Source: Candidatus Hinthialibacter antarcticus (GTDB taxonomy: Bacteria; Hinthialibacterota; Hinthialibacteria; Hinthialibacterales; Hinthialibacteraceae). From it: 64,000 bases of DNA. Position 1 is the first letter of the stretch, and every line of letters begins with the position of its first letter. Below, piece by piece: positions 47,955 through 58,974 of the stretch. The notes beneath the pieces were generated by a model. The model had not been told where the DNA came from and ran no database searches. It worked only from the letters and a program-made list of their open reading frames with translations. The stretch lies in contig JAVCCE010000074.1 of the NCBI GenBank assembly GCA_030765645.1, positions 41,551-105,550 of the forward strand. Reading direction: 5' to 3'. The position numbers and the translations under genes were made by a program.

Positions 47955-49121
47955 CTACTGCGGACGTGAACTGCTAAATGAAGGCGGAGACGGAATCGCC
48001 AACACCGGAGCAGGCGTAACGCTCGCGGGGTTAGGCAATTGTTGGCGAAGCGCTTCTTGATGAATTTTAACCTGATAGGTGTCGCGCAATGATTCGCGCC
48101 AGGCTTCGAGCCGCTCCTGCATCATCATTTGCGGAAGCAGGGCTTGCACCGGCGGCGCTTCAAACGGTTGGACGCCGACCGACTGTTTCTCTTTCACCAA
48201 AAAGAAACCATAGCCATTCACGCAAGCGACCACGGGCGACAGTTCGCCTTCAGGCGTCTTGAGAACCTCCGCCACAAATTCCGCGCCGTAGGCGTTATCA
48301 ATTCCTTCTGCGTGATACAGGATGCAGTAGCCGTAGTTATACGAGCCGTCAGGCGTGTCAGAATATTGATACGCATATTGCTGCATCACTTTTCGCTTGC
48401 CAGTAAAATCGGTCGCTGACGCAATCAACGCCTGCACTTGGGCGTGAAGGTCTAAGGTTTTTTCTTTGGCTTCTTCAAGCGTCTGGTCGTCTTTGGCTTC
48501 AATCACCACGCGGTTAATCATTGACCGCGCGGGCGGCGTAAACTTGTCGATCTGCGATTCATAATACGCTTTCAATACGTCCGGCGTGAGCGAATCGCGG
48601 ATGCGTTGTTTTTGATCTTCCATACAAACGCGCCCCAGCTGAATGTTGCCTAAAATGCCAACCAGTTGGTCTTCGGTCTGGTTGGCTTCCTGGATGTGTT
48701 TTTGATATTCTTCTTCGGTCTCAAATTGCCCTTTGAATTCACGCAGCAACACTTCTTTTTCCGCGTCGGTCAAACCAAGGTCGCGCACGCGCGCTTCTTC
48801 GATCAACAAATAATTATCGAGAAGCATGTTCACCATCGACTCGCGCTTTTGCGCAATCACGTCTTCCCACTCGATATTTTCTTGCAGCCGATAGGTCGCC
48901 ATCATTTGTTCGGGGTGAACAATATTGTCGATGTCAGACAAATAAATCGTCCCGCCGCTCCACTCAGCGACCGCGAGATCATTGGCCCGGGTTCCGTTTT
49001 TCTGGGGCGAATCCGGCGCGGCGGCCGCGGGAGATTTCTCATTGGTTGGGGAGCCGGGACCGCACGATATCAATCCGATTGAAATGAATAAGGATAAAAC
49101 CGCAACACAAAATGCTCTCAT
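47955..49121 (-). CDS. Lipoprotein peptidyl-prolyl cis-trans isomerase (SurA-like N-region plus PpiC/parvulin domain).
   Basis: Lipobox 'LISC'. Parvulin-type C-terminal region 'SPVVACVNGYGFFLVKEK'. SurA-like chaperone helical N-region. Confidence 0.55.
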   Translation of the reverse strand: MRAFCVAVLSLFISIGLISCGPGSPTNEKSPAAAAPDSPQKNGTRANDLAVAEWSGGTIYLSDIDNIVHPEQMMATYRLQENIEWEDVIAQKRESMVNMLLDNYLLIEEARVRDLGLTDAEKEVLLREFKGQFETEEEYQKHIQEANQTEDQLVGILGNIQLGRVCMEDQKQRIRDSLTPDVLKAYYESQIDKFTPPARSMINRVVIEAKDDQTLEEAKEKTLDLHAQVQALIASATDFTGKRKVMQQYAYQYSDTPDGSYNYGYCILYHAEGIDNAYGAEFVAEVLKTPEGELSPVVACVNGYGFFLVKEKQSVGVQPFEAPPVQALLPQMMMQERLEAWRESLRDTYQVKIHQEALRQQLPNPASVTPAPVLAIPSPPSFSSSRPQ

Positions 49122-49161
49122 ACTGATGACGCACCTGCCCTTACAATCAAAGTGTCAAAAC

Positions 49162-50079
49162 TCAATTTGAATCCTCATCACTGAGGATGCGCTTCGCAGG
49201 CCCCACGTCGTTCGCCTGTAGATAGGTTTCGTAGTCGGGCATGGGTTCTGATGGATGAAACTGTTGCCAGTATTTTCTAAAATTGACTTTTTGCTCGTCC
49301 AAAGTGCTATTGGTCGCCGTTTTTCCATACATCATTTGTTCGCGCTGAAAAACGCGCCCATGTTTTTCCTGATAGTCTTGCATGGCTTTTTGTTGTTGCT
49401 GCGCCGTAATTTTCGTCGGCATCTGATAGCCGGGCAGCGGCTCATAATTCTGGCTGAGCGCTTTAAATTTATCGCCAAACCGTTTGAGGTAATATTCGTA
49501 AGCCTCGACTTGTTCGTCACGGGTCAAGGCGCGGGGATTCTTCCTCACGTCATCGAAAAATTCGGGCTTCTTCGCCAAACGCAGCGCAAAAGCGGCCTCG
49601 CCCATGTGCAGCGTCACTTGGTCTTCCGACACTTGATGGACAGTGATTCCCGTTTCTAACGTCTGGCCTTCAAAGACGATAAAATATTCGCTGGTGCGCG
49701 TCTTTTGAATGGTGCCGTTTTTCTTTTGGCCCAACTGTGAAAAGTTGACGTAGATCCAATCATTCACCAGCGACAACAAGCGCGCTTTATCATTGATTTC
49801 GTCTGACGGTGGAACATAAGGCTCAGCCGCCATCGTCGTCGGCGGCGTGAAGAGATCATCCTGAAGGATAACCGCCGCGTCCTTCAATTCGGGAAACAAC
49901 TCAAGGATGGAGTCGCTGCCTCGCCCGCCGGGCGCGAGCGGACGCGGTTGTTCAGCCAAGGCAATCCGCGGCGCCTCCACCGTGGACGTCACTGGCGCCG
50001 TAGGTTTAAAAACGGTAATCGCCACGACCGCAGCGACTAAAACACAAGAAAAAACAACCAGAACGATGCGCATTGGCAC
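49162..50079 (-). CDS. Hypothetical membrane-anchored/secreted protein.
   Basis: N-terminal hydrophobic anchor 'IVLVVFSCVLVAAVVAITVF'. Gln-rich C-terminal half. Same strand as the giant protein and the PPIase. Confidence 0.4.
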   Translation of the reverse strand: MPMRIVLVVFSCVLVAAVVAITVFKPTAPVTSTVEAPRIALAEQPRPLAPGGRGSDSILELFPELKDAAVILQDDLFTPPTTMAAEPYVPPSDEINDKARLLSLVNDWIYVNFSQLGQKKNGTIQKTRTSEYFIVFEGQTLETGITVHQVSEDQVTLHMGEAAFALRLAKKPEFFDDVRKNPRALTRDEQVEAYEYYLKRFGDKFKALSQNYEPLPGYQMPTKITAQQQQKAMQDYQEKHGRVFQREQMMYGKTATNSTLDEQKVNFRKYWQQFHPSEPMPDYETYLQANDVGPAKRILSDEDSN

Positions 50080-50293
50080 TCTCCATCTGAACTTAAATAT
50101 TGTTCAGTTACGCGAAAGGTAGTGTATCACGGGCGCCGCTGCAAACAACAGATTCAGCGTACATCCCCCAGATTGGCCTCCGCATTTTTATTCGCGCGGC
50201 CTCAACTCACCATACAATCACGATTTCAGCCAAAAAAAGTAACGGCGCCTCGAAACCGAGGCGCCGTGAAAATGCGTCATCAAACGGAGCGGC

Positions 50294-53200
50294 TTAGAAA
50301 TTACCCGGCAAGATGAAGTCGTCCTGATAACGATATTCAAACAACCCAAGCGCAAAGTCTAACGCTTCCGTGTCAAACTGGACATCATCAGGAATCTGAA
50401 TAAAGCCGTAGTGTTTTCCGTCACGGGTAATGACAAAGTATGACCGCCCCGGAATATAAGTCGCCTCGTGGCCGATGAAATCAACTTCGCCTGTATCAAA
50501 CGGATTGGCCAGCACCATTGAATGCGTCAGAGAATTCACGATCGTTTCAGGATCCAGCGAATAAATATCGATTCCCTCGGGAAGCATCATAATTGCGCTG
50601 CGCGGATCAGGCGTAATAAACGTACCATCACCCATAACGAGGTCCGCATCCGCAGAGAAGACGGCGAATACAGGGCCGCGCTGATCAAACGAGAAGCCCC
50701 ACGGTTGTTCGACTTCAAGATCGGTAATTTCTGAAAGCACGGTTTCATCGAGTCCGTCGAAGAAGTCAAAATCACCGTCATTTTCAGCGAGAACAATTCT
50801 CGAACTCATGCTGCTCATACGAAACTGACCGTCAGCCGATTTCTTATAAATGATCTCAACGCGGTTTAAGCCGAGAGTGCTCAAAAACGTACCAGGATAC
50901 CAGGCGATTTCGAGAACGGGCTGCGTACGCGAACGGCGCAAGAACTGCTCACGGTGAATGAACAACAATGCGTATTGTTCAAACTGGTTCAGTTCAGGCA
51001 CTTCAATAAACATCGGCTTATCAACACCAGCGTTCTTAGGCGCATAGGTCGCAATCAATTTGTTCCCTGAGAGCCGCGTCAGTTCATTGTAGATTGAAAA
51101 TTCGGGATCTTCGCTGCCTGAAGTTTCTTCAAACATACGACCGAAGTTTTTGATTAAATAGACGTCAATCAACCAGGCGCGCCCATCAAGAACTTCACGA
51201 ATCCGCAACGTCTGGCCTTCCGCCGGGCGGTTGTCGACAAAGAACATTCTCGCGACGGTTTCGCCAGCAACGGCGCTATCTGTAATATCTACCGCCTGAT
51301 ACTCACAAATTGGCAGGTAGTATGACATATCGAGTAGCAGGTTGGCGCGAATCGTATCGCCTTCGTTCAACAGCGTGAAAGAGTTTTCGATCCCTTTCGA
51401 TTGCGTAATCGAAATTACTTCGGTGAGATCGAAAAACGAGTTGAGCGATTTTTTTAATCCATTAACATCGGCGCCCTGCTTATCTAAATAGCCCGGGGCC
51501 GCATGAGAAACGATCCGCTTGGCGTCTTCAGAATTAAGCGCGTCGATGATGTCATACGTGGTTGCAATAACCGATTGGAGATTGACGTTTCCGGTTTCGA
51601 CATCAACCACGGCGTCGTCATCCAGGCCCGGTGTATCCGCAAAGACAAACGCGTCGGAGGGAATCTCTGACCTTGGAATTTCATTTACGCCAAAGTAGTG
51701 AATTTCACCGCTGCCTTCAACCAGAATGTAACGGTCAGTAACGCCGGGGAAGACTTTGACCTGGCGGACTGTGCCCGGGTCAATCACTTCGCTTGGCAAT
51801 TGCGGTTGGAAAACGGCTGAGCGCAAGTTCGTTCCCGAACCGGCCCCAGTCACGCGGATGCCGCCGTCTTTGTTTACAATCACAACATTGGTTGCGGTGT
51901 TTTCTTTGACAACCAATTCGATGTCGGTGTAGAAGTTAACGTCTTCCTTCAAGTCGCTCCACACAATGTTGTTGACATTGTTGGCAAGCGTCAGAACGCC
52001 GTTGCCGGTCAGGAAGTACATATCATCGGCGCGCGGCGTGAGTTCCATGTCGCGATAGATATCCAACCCGACTGCGGGCGGACGCAACGCCGTGTTGGCC
52101 TTGCTGCCTAAGAAGAGCATATCGCCATCGCCGTCGAGAACGTAAATTGCGCCATTGGCGTAATCGACCTCAACGTCGCGGACGTTTTCAAGCGCGATCT
52201 GGGCCGCTGTCGGCGCAACAATCAACTGAGCGCCTTCAACCGAATTTTTGAGGAACGCCGTGTTTTCGCTCTTGAACGCCAACGTGCCATTGGCCTGCAG
52301 CAGCGGCAAAAATACGCCCACATCGCCAGCAGCCAAAACCCCACCGCTGCGTTGTACGCCTATCATGCCGGTAAAGGATGAATTGGGTTCAATGTCGACA
52401 ACGATGTCGGTTGTGGTCAAATCACCTAACGATGGTAAATCGCCAAGGCTGAAGGTGCGGCCATCGCTTAGTGCTTTGACCATATCAATCTTGTTCGGCA
52501 ATTCGCCATCAACAGAAATCAAGCCCGTCGATGGATCGTTGCCGCCAGAATCAACCGTGCGCGCCAGTGTGATAATGGGGCCGTCAGCGTAGGTATAAAC
52601 CAGCGGGTTTACGCCATCGTCTACGCGGGCGTAGATGTAATACTCTTGGGTCGGGTCAAAGTCAGGAATTTGGTCTAGCAGTCTCAAAGTAAACGAATTG
52701 GCCAACCCGACTTGCGGACGGACTAACGAACCGCCGATAAATGTTCCATCAAACCCGATGCCGTTATCATCGACAAACAAAGCGACTTGCGGCGAATCGT
52801 CAGGGTCTTGAACAACATACGAAATCTGATAGGTAAAGTCTGAGGTCGCGATGTTCGCCCCTGATGTTGGCGACTGGAACGTGATGCGAGGAGAAACATT
52901 TTGGCTTTGAACAACAATTTCCCCTGTCGTTAATTGTGACTTACTGATTCCACGGAACGGTTCCGTTTCAATATAGTCCGTGTTTAAGAACGAGTGATAC
53001 GCAATTCCGCCTTCAGGCGAATCAACATTAATGAAAGAACCATCATCGGTATCGAAGAACGAATACTGGGCGCCCAATTCACCTGAACGCATACGGACGC
53101 GGAACGAGTCGCCGACTTTAGCGAGCTGCGACATGCGCAACGTCACAAAGAAGTCGTTGCCAGCGAGAGGCCCGAAGTTTTCATCAGGAATCTGAATCTG

Positions 53201-56200
53201 ATACATATAGGATGTATCGTAATCGCCGGTCTCATGCCAGTTTGAAATTCCAATCGCGCTATAGGGGTGTTGGAAGGCCACTTCAACCGGATCGGGAACA
53301 TCGGGATATTCCGCTGCTTCGCCCGAGTCAGCCGCTTCGGCGTCAGCGTCAGCCACTTCCTGGTTGTAGTTATCAATGTTTTCAAGCGCACTTTCAACAG
53401 CGTCGCCAAAGGTATCGAAGAAGTCGTCTAAATAGTCGCCTATCGTATTGTTGTCGCCCAAGAATGTGTAATGACCAAACTGGGTATAAATTGGCACGTC
53501 CGGCTGGTCTGGACCGATTGGGTCGTTCGCATTTTCAGCAAACTCGGCCTCAACGCCAACCACCATCGGAACCTGGCCCACTTTTACGAAGCCGTATTGA
53601 CTTGGGAACCGCAAGGCGGATGCGAGTGAAAGCAAGAACGACCGGCGAATATCGCCGTCAGGATCGCGTACCCACGGGATATTGTCTTCATCAAGATCGC
53701 CAAACGTCAGCATCCAAAATTCTTCGCCGTCGGGGGTGACCACTTTCAGGTCTTCGGAATATAACCCTTCTGCGTTGATGGAAGGATACAAATCAATCAA
53801 GCCCATACGCGGATCAAGCGTCGGGAACATGCCCTGGTTATAGCGCGGCGAGCCAAAGTCCGGCGCCGGATCGCCTCTAAACGGACGCGAACCACGGAAC
53901 GGGTAGATTAAACTGCGGATGGTTTGGTAGAGCGAGAAGTTCAAAACGCGGAAGTCTAACTCTGCAAACCATGAGCCTTCGCCAACGCGCAACGGTAAAA
54001 TCTGGCCGTCAACTCTATCAAAAGGCGTATCCGCCGGCTCGATGGAAGTGATATATTCTTCAAATTTGGCCAGGTTATTGGGCGGAAATACATACGCCGC
54101 TTGCGCAAACCCTCCGGTTGAGCCGAACTGGTCTCGAGTAAAGGGCATGTAACGGTCATTGGCGTCAAACACGCCGTTCTCGCCTGCCGGAGTTAAATCA
54201 CCTAAATCTTCATCGATCAGACCATCGCCGTCGTCGTCCTGCAAGTTGTAAAGTTCTTCGTCAAACAGGCCGTCGCCGTCGTTATCCCGGTTATCGCCTG
54301 TCGGTGTATCGTCATCCTGATAAATAGCAATTGAGTGAGACGTTGCAATAAACGGCCCGGTTTGCGTGACGCCCAATTCAAGAGGAATCACAGAGAACAA
54401 CGCGGCAAGCGCAGTGAGCGTGGTGCCCGGCAAGAAGTCAACTTGCATTTCTCCAAGAACAGTGCTCTCAGTAAAGAACGCATCCAGCAGATCAAAACTG
54501 ACGCCTTCGCCGTTCAGCAACAAGGTCGGGTTCTGACCAAAGTCAATCGCGTCGATGCCGACAACGGCTTTGGGCGGCGACGACAAGGTGCGATCAAAAA
54601 TAACATTGTTATTGCTTGCATTTACGCCTTCGCCCGGCTGGGTGAGGTCTTGAAACGAAAAACGGGGACGTGGACGCCCAATCAGCGGGGTGGTTGAACT
54701 CGTGTTGGGACGCCCCATACCCACGCTGGATACCGACTCAAATTCGCTTTCATCTGTCGCGCCCGCAGCATATGACGCAAGGCCCGAACCGACGATGACA
54801 TCTGTCGGCTGAATGAATGGAATAATTGAATCGAGGCTGCGGACTTTATCGCTCGTTTTAACGGCCAAGTACATTTCAGGGCCGCCGTTGGCGCCAGCGC
54901 GCGTGTTCGGAGAGCGCAAGTCGCCGACCGCATTGTTACGCGAAACAGGCATTGTGATGGTAAAGCCTTGGAGCAATGGGAAATTATAAAGATCAAGCAA
55001 ATTGGATTTTTCGTTGCCCGACAACGAGGTCAAATAACGCACTTGACCTTCGGTCAGCCCTAAAAACGGGCGGGAGATGTTAATCAACTGGTCAAACATC
55101 ATGCAATCGGGGTCTTGGAAGCACTCTAACGAACCCAATGGCGGGCGAATGATCCCGTCCGCGATTGATTCGTCGCTAATGCTCGAAATCAGATCGGCAG
55201 GTAATCCAGCCAATGCGCTAGACAAATCGGAGTCGCTAAACAACCAGGGAATGACGCGTTTCGCTGCCGTGCCGCCCACGCTGCCTGGAATCATACGCTC
55301 AAGCACTTTTTGAAGCGCCGGATTGGCCGCAACGTCATCAGCGGTGATATCAAACGGGCTAATTTCTAATTGTGACGGATCAAGCGCAATGACGCGATCA
55401 ACGCCATTATCAAATTTGCCCGCCTGACCGCCGATTTCACGATACAAGAAGATGCCGCCGGCTGCGCGTTCAAGCGGTTTCAAGAAAATATCCTGGTTGG
55501 TGGTGTGAGTCGGTTCGAGGCCTGATGAACCAAACGGACGCGGGCCGTAAGGAACATAGCTCAATACATGCGAATTTAAATTGTCATTTCCCGTAAAGAA
55601 CGCCTCGCGCGGGATGCCCGCAAAATTCAGCGGCATGGTCTTGGGATACGAAATGGGCTCTTCGCCCCCGACGTTGCGCTCTTCCATCCAAATCATGCCC
55701 GGGTTTTCAGGGTCTTCCGGGAAATTATAGAAGAACGGGTTATAGAAGTACGTCGGACGAAGAACGCTCGCAAATGATTGACCGCCAAAGTTTATGCCGG
55801 TTCCAATCGCGCTAATTAAGTGGGCGACGGACGCAAGGTTTAAACCGACGAAATTCACTTTCACTTCTTTAATGAAATAATCTTCATCCGGCCGACCGAC
55901 AAAATCAAAGCCAAGCAAAGTACGCGCTTCTGACTTCGCGTCGATACGGAACGAGTTGTCGGTGTCTTTAATTAAGTTGACGATTTGAACGATGTCGCCC
56001 TGGAATATCTGGCGCTCTGCAAAGAGCGGGTTCAAGCCGACAAACGCGTCGTCAGGAAACGGCGTTTCATAGAGCGTATTTTTGGGCAGCGGGTTCCTGC
56101 GGTCGCGAATCTTGATACTGTTCGCTGGAATCATTGCCTCGAAGCGGTCGCCCTGGCGCCAGTTTAATGTCGTTTGTACGACAATATGGAAATCGGGGTG

Positions 56201-56737
56201 ACTGTCTTGGATCAGGGGAACCCGCGAAGATGACGACCCCGACACGGGTTTAAATGTTATGAAAAACCGACGCGAATTGGTCGGGTCTACCTGCACTGTC
56301 GGTATATCAATCAAGTTGACGGGAATATCGCTGCTCGGATCATTCGCAAAATAACTAAAACTATCGGGCTGGGCCGAACTCTCTTGATAAAGCGCAACGC
56401 CGCTTGAGAGCGCCGAAGCCGACAATGGCAAGAAGTCTTCTGCGATATCGAGACCCGCATTGCCATCGGTTAAATCCTCAATGACAATGGTCAGTTCTTC
56501 GATCTCTTGCAATCTTGGAATAGGAATCTGGCTTCCTTCGTTCCCAATTGCGGATAACGGAAAACTGAGAACCGCTGTTCGCACAGAAAGCGGCGAGATG
56601 CCCAACGGAATGATCACGTCCTCATCGTCTTGAGCGAATGAAGGCAACGCAAACGACGCTGCCACAACGATAAGCGCGAGTCCCCAAACAAGTCCGGCGG
56701 GGAAAATACGGGAGTTTTTCTTCATCTGGCTGCTCAT
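50294..56737 (-). CDS. Giant secreted protein (2147 aa) with thrombospondin-type-3-like Ca-binding Asp repeats. Function unknown.
   Basis: SD AAAGAGG with a 7-nt spacer before ATG (MSSQMKKNSRIF...), then the signal peptide 'LVWGLALIVVAASFALPSFA'. 'DDDTPTGDNRDNDGDGLFDEE...DDDGDGLIDEDLGD' follows the DxDxDGxxDxxD pattern. Long beta-rich regions. Confidence 0.7.
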   Translation of the reverse strand: MSSQMKKNSRIFPAGLVWGLALIVVAASFALPSFAQDDEDVIIPLGISPLSVRTAVLSFPLSAIGNEGSQIPIPRLQEIEELTIVIEDLTDGNAGLDIAEDFLPLSASALSSGVALYQESSAQPDSFSYFANDPSSDIPVNLIDIPTVQVDPTNSRRFFITFKPVSGSSSSRVPLIQDSHPDFHIVVQTTLNWRQGDRFEAMIPANSIKIRDRRNPLPKNTLYETPFPDDAFVGLNPLFAERQIFQGDIVQIVNLIKDTDNSFRIDAKSEARTLLGFDFVGRPDEDYFIKEVKVNFVGLNLASVAHLISAIGTGINFGGQSFASVLRPTYFYNPFFYNFPEDPENPGMIWMEERNVGGEEPISYPKTMPLNFAGIPREAFFTGNDNLNSHVLSYVPYGPRPFGSSGLEPTHTTNQDIFLKPLERAAGGIFLYREIGGQAGKFDNGVDRVIALDPSQLEISPFDITADDVAANPALQKVLERMIPGSVGGTAAKRVIPWLFSDSDLSSALAGLPADLISSISDESIADGIIRPPLGSLECFQDPDCMMFDQLINISRPFLGLTEGQVRYLTSLSGNEKSNLLDLYNFPLLQGFTITMPVSRNNAVGDLRSPNTRAGANGGPEMYLAVKTSDKVRSLDSIIPFIQPTDVIVGSGLASYAAGATDESEFESVSSVGMGRPNTSSTTPLIGRPRPRFSFQDLTQPGEGVNASNNNVIFDRTLSSPPKAVVGIDAIDFGQNPTLLLNGEGVSFDLLDAFFTESTVLGEMQVDFLPGTTLTALAALFSVIPLELGVTQTGPFIATSHSIAIYQDDDTPTGDNRDNDGDGLFDEELYNLQDDDGDGLIDEDLGDLTPAGENGVFDANDRYMPFTRDQFGSTGGFAQAAYVFPPNNLAKFEEYITSIEPADTPFDRVDGQILPLRVGEGSWFAELDFRVLNFSLYQTIRSLIYPFRGSRPFRGDPAPDFGSPRYNQGMFPTLDPRMGLIDLYPSINAEGLYSEDLKVVTPDGEEFWMLTFGDLDEDNIPWVRDPDGDIRRSFLLSLASALRFPSQYGFVKVGQVPMVVGVEAEFAENANDPIGPDQPDVPIYTQFGHYTFLGDNNTIGDYLDDFFDTFGDAVESALENIDNYNQEVADADAEAADSGEAAEYPDVPDPVEVAFQHPYSAIGISNWHETGDYDTSYMYQIQIPDENFGPLAGNDFFVTLRMSQLAKVGDSFRVRMRSGELGAQYSFFDTDDGSFINVDSPEGGIAYHSFLNTDYIETEPFRGISKSQLTTGEIVVQSQNVSPRITFQSPTSGANIATSDFTYQISYVVQDPDDSPQVALFVDDNGIGFDGTFIGGSLVRPQVGLANSFTLRLLDQIPDFDPTQEYYIYARVDDGVNPLVYTYADGPIITLARTVDSGGNDPSTGLISVDGELPNKIDMVKALSDGRTFSLGDLPSLGDLTTTDIVVDIEPNSSFTGMIGVQRSGGVLAAGDVGVFLPLLQANGTLAFKSENTAFLKNSVEGAQLIVAPTAAQIALENVRDVEVDYANGAIYVLDGDGDMLFLGSKANTALRPPAVGLDIYRDMELTPRADDMYFLTGNGVLTLANNVNNIVWSDLKEDVNFYTDIELVVKENTATNVVIVNKDGGIRVTGAGSGTNLRSAVFQPQLPSEVIDPGTVRQVKVFPGVTDRYILVEGSGEIHYFGVNEIPRSEIPSDAFVFADTPGLDDDAVVDVETGNVNLQSVIATTYDIIDALNSEDAKRIVSHAAPGYLDKQGADVNGLKKSLNSFFDLTEVISITQSKGIENSFTLLNEGDTIRANLLLDMSYYLPICEYQAVDITDSAVAGETVARMFFVDNRPAEGQTLRIREVLDGRAWLIDVYLIKNFGRMFEETSGSEDPEFSIYNELTRLSGNKLIATYAPKNAGVDKPMFIEVPELNQFEQYALLFIHREQFLRRSRTQPVLEIAWYPGTFLSTLGLNRVEIIYKKSADGQFRMSSMSSRIVLAENDGDFDFFDGLDETVLSEITDLEVEQPWGFSFDQRGPVFAVFSADADLVMGDGTFITPDPRSAIMMLPEGIDIYSLDPETIVNSLTHSMVLANPFDTGEVDFIGHEATYIPGRSYFVITRDGKHYGFIQIPDDVQFDTEALDFALGLFEYRYQDDFILPGNF

Positions 56738-57316
56738 GGAAAAACCTCTTTGTAGTTGGATCACTGACTCTTCTACCCTTTGATCGCCCTGGGAAAACTT
56801 GCGCGGAGTCTCGTCGCAAATTGCCCATAAAAAGCGCCCTATATACAGACACCTAACGGCCCACAGGGCGCAAACCGTCCCTCAGGCTCCAGCCCGATCT
56901 TTCTAACTATCCAAGATACAGACAGTTATTCATACCGGTTCAATTGTATATGCTGCCGTAACTATATAATGCGGCTATAAATAGTGTCAAGTTGAGCGGA
57001 TTCATCTCCACCACTTCCAACGGTGCAAAATCGTCAAATTCATAACAGCCAAAAATCACAAAAATCCATCAAAATTCTCGTTATAGCCGCATCAGGATGA
57101 TACCCGACGTTTTAAGTCAACTCTATTCGAGTCACCTTGCGATAGTAACACATTTTTTTTTCTCTGCCCAAAACCCCTATTTTTCGGGAAAAAACAAGTT
57201 TTTTTTGACTTTCTCACGAAAACGAATTGACGAAACCATAACAGGCTTTAAGATTATACCAACGATAATTTTTGATTCGGTCAAACTGGCCTTGTTTTAT
57301 GCCAACGGAGGGTAAC

Positions 57317-58951
57317 GTGGACGAAATTCGTCCCCCAAAATCCACACGATTTATTTTTGTTACAGGGGGCGTCTGCTCTTCGCTCGGCAAGGGCGTGGCG
57401 TGCGCCTCGATGGGCTGCTTGCTTGAAGCGCGCGGTCACACCGTCGCGCTGCAGAAGTATGACCCATATATTAATGTTGATCCGGGCACCATGAGCCCCT
57501 ACCAACACGGCGAGGTCTATGTCACCGACGACGGCGCCGAAACCGACCTCGACCTCGGTTATTACGAACGCTTCACCTCATGCACCATCACCCGTAAGTC
57601 AAGCATTTCTACTGGACAGATCTATGACGCCGTCATCAAACGCGAACGCCGCGGCGGCTATCTAGGCAAAACCGTCCAGCTAATTCCACACATTACCGAT
57701 GAGATCAAACGCCGCATCTATGATGTAGCCGACCAACAAAAGCCCGACTTCCAAATCTGTGAAATCGGCGGCACCGTCGGCGACATCGAAGGCTACCCGT
57801 TTCTCGAAGCCATTCGACAGGTCGAGTGGGAACTCGGGCGCGAACGCGTCTTATTTGTCCACTTGACTCTCGTACCAGTCATTTCTGTGGCGGGCGAAGT
57901 CAAAACCAAGCCCACTCAACACAGCGTCAACAAGCTTCGCGAAATCGGCATCCAGCCCGCGATTTTGCTATGTCGTACGTCGGTTGCGCTCAACCGCGAG
58001 ATGAAAGACAAGATCGCGCTGTTCTGCAATATCCCGTCTCATGCGGTGGTCAGCGCCCGCGATATCCAATCAACCATTTATGAAATCCCCATTGCTTACC
58101 GCGACGAGGGGCTTGATAAATTGGTCGTCGATTACTTTAAAGTCGGCAATGGGCCGCCCGAACTGCGCGAATGGAAGCGCATTGTTTCCTGCATCAAAAA
58201 CCCGCGCAAAGGCCCGGTGACAATCGCCGTCGTTGGAAAATACATCCGGCTGCAAGACGCTTACCGCTCCATCTATGACGCACTCATCCACGGCGGCGTC
58301 GCCAATAACGCCCGGGTCAACATCCTGCCGGTTCATGCGGAAGAGATCGAGAAAAAAGGCGCGCATGAGCTCCTCAAGGACGCCGATGCGATTTTAGTCC
58401 CATGGGGATTCGGAAAACGCGGTACGCTGGGCAAAGTGCAAACCATTGAATACGCCCGCAAGAACAACGTCCCCTTCTTTGGCATCTGCCTGGGGATGCA
58501 ATGCAGCGTGGTGGAGTTTGGCCGCAACCAACTGAAAATGGACAACGCTTCCAGCACGGAATTTGAACCGGACACCGATTTCCCTGTCATCAGTTTGATG
58601 GATGAACAACGCCGCGTTGTCGACAAAGGCGGCACCATGCGGCTGGGCGCTTACCCCTGCGTCCTGAAAAAAGGCACCAAAGCCCGCGCGGCCTATGGCG
58701 AAGATGAAATTTCAGAACGCCATCGCCACCGCTGGGAATTCAACAATGATTTCCGCGAAGCCTACGAAAAAGCGGGCTTCATCATTAGCGGTTCGTCGCC
58801 GGACGGACACCTGGTTGAAATCGTGGAGTTGAAAGACCACCCCTGGTTTGTCGGTTGCCAGTTCCACCCCGAGCTGAAATCACGTCCGCGAACGCCTCAC
58901 CCATTATTTAAGGCGTTTATCAAAGCCGCGCTCAAAAAACAAGAAGCCTAA
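57317..58951 (+). CDS. pyrG: CTP synthase.
   Basis: GTG start 4 nt after GGAGGG gives 'VDEIRPPKSTRFIFVTGGVCSSLGKG' (compare E. coli 'MTTNYIFVTGGVVSSLGKG'). The C-terminal GATase domain reads 'GICLGMQ'. Confidence 0.9.
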   Translation: MDEIRPPKSTRFIFVTGGVCSSLGKGVACASMGCLLEARGHTVALQKYDPYINVDPGTMSPYQHGEVYVTDDGAETDLDLGYYERFTSCTITRKSSISTGQIYDAVIKRERRGGYLGKTVQLIPHITDEIKRRIYDVADQQKPDFQICEIGGTVGDIEGYPFLEAIRQVEWELGRERVLFVHLTLVPVISVAGEVKTKPTQHSVNKLREIGIQPAILLCRTSVALNREMKDKIALFCNIPSHAVVSARDIQSTIYEIPIAYRDEGLDKLVVDYFKVGNGPPELREWKRIVSCIKNPRKGPVTIAVVGKYIRLQDAYRSIYDALIHGGVANNARVNILPVHAEEIEKKGAHELLKDADAILVPWGFGKRGTLGKVQTIEYARKNNVPFFGICLGMQCSVVEFGRNQLKMDNASSTEFEPDTDFPVISLMDEQRRVVDKGGTMRLGAYPCVLKKGTKARAAYGEDEISERHRHRWEFNNDFREAYEKAGFIISGSSPDGHLVEIVELKDHPWFVGCQFHPELKSRPRTPHPLFKAFIKAALKKQEA

Positions 58952-58974
58952 CCCGACCTCGGATGAATGATGCG

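Noticed and set aside
57097-57315. 72-aa ORF in the AT-rich region upstream of pyrG.
   Set aside because: Low-complexity Phe/Ile-rich translation of an AT-rich promoter region, with no RBS. More likely a divergent promoter/leader for pyrG and the giant-protein operon.
57272-57316. ORF-track ATG start for pyrG (MIRSNWPCFMPTEGN...).
   Set aside because: It adds 15 residues not found in CTP synthases. The GTG at 57317, 4 nt after GGAGGG, gives the canonical 'xxxxxxxxKSTRFIFVTGGV' N-terminus.
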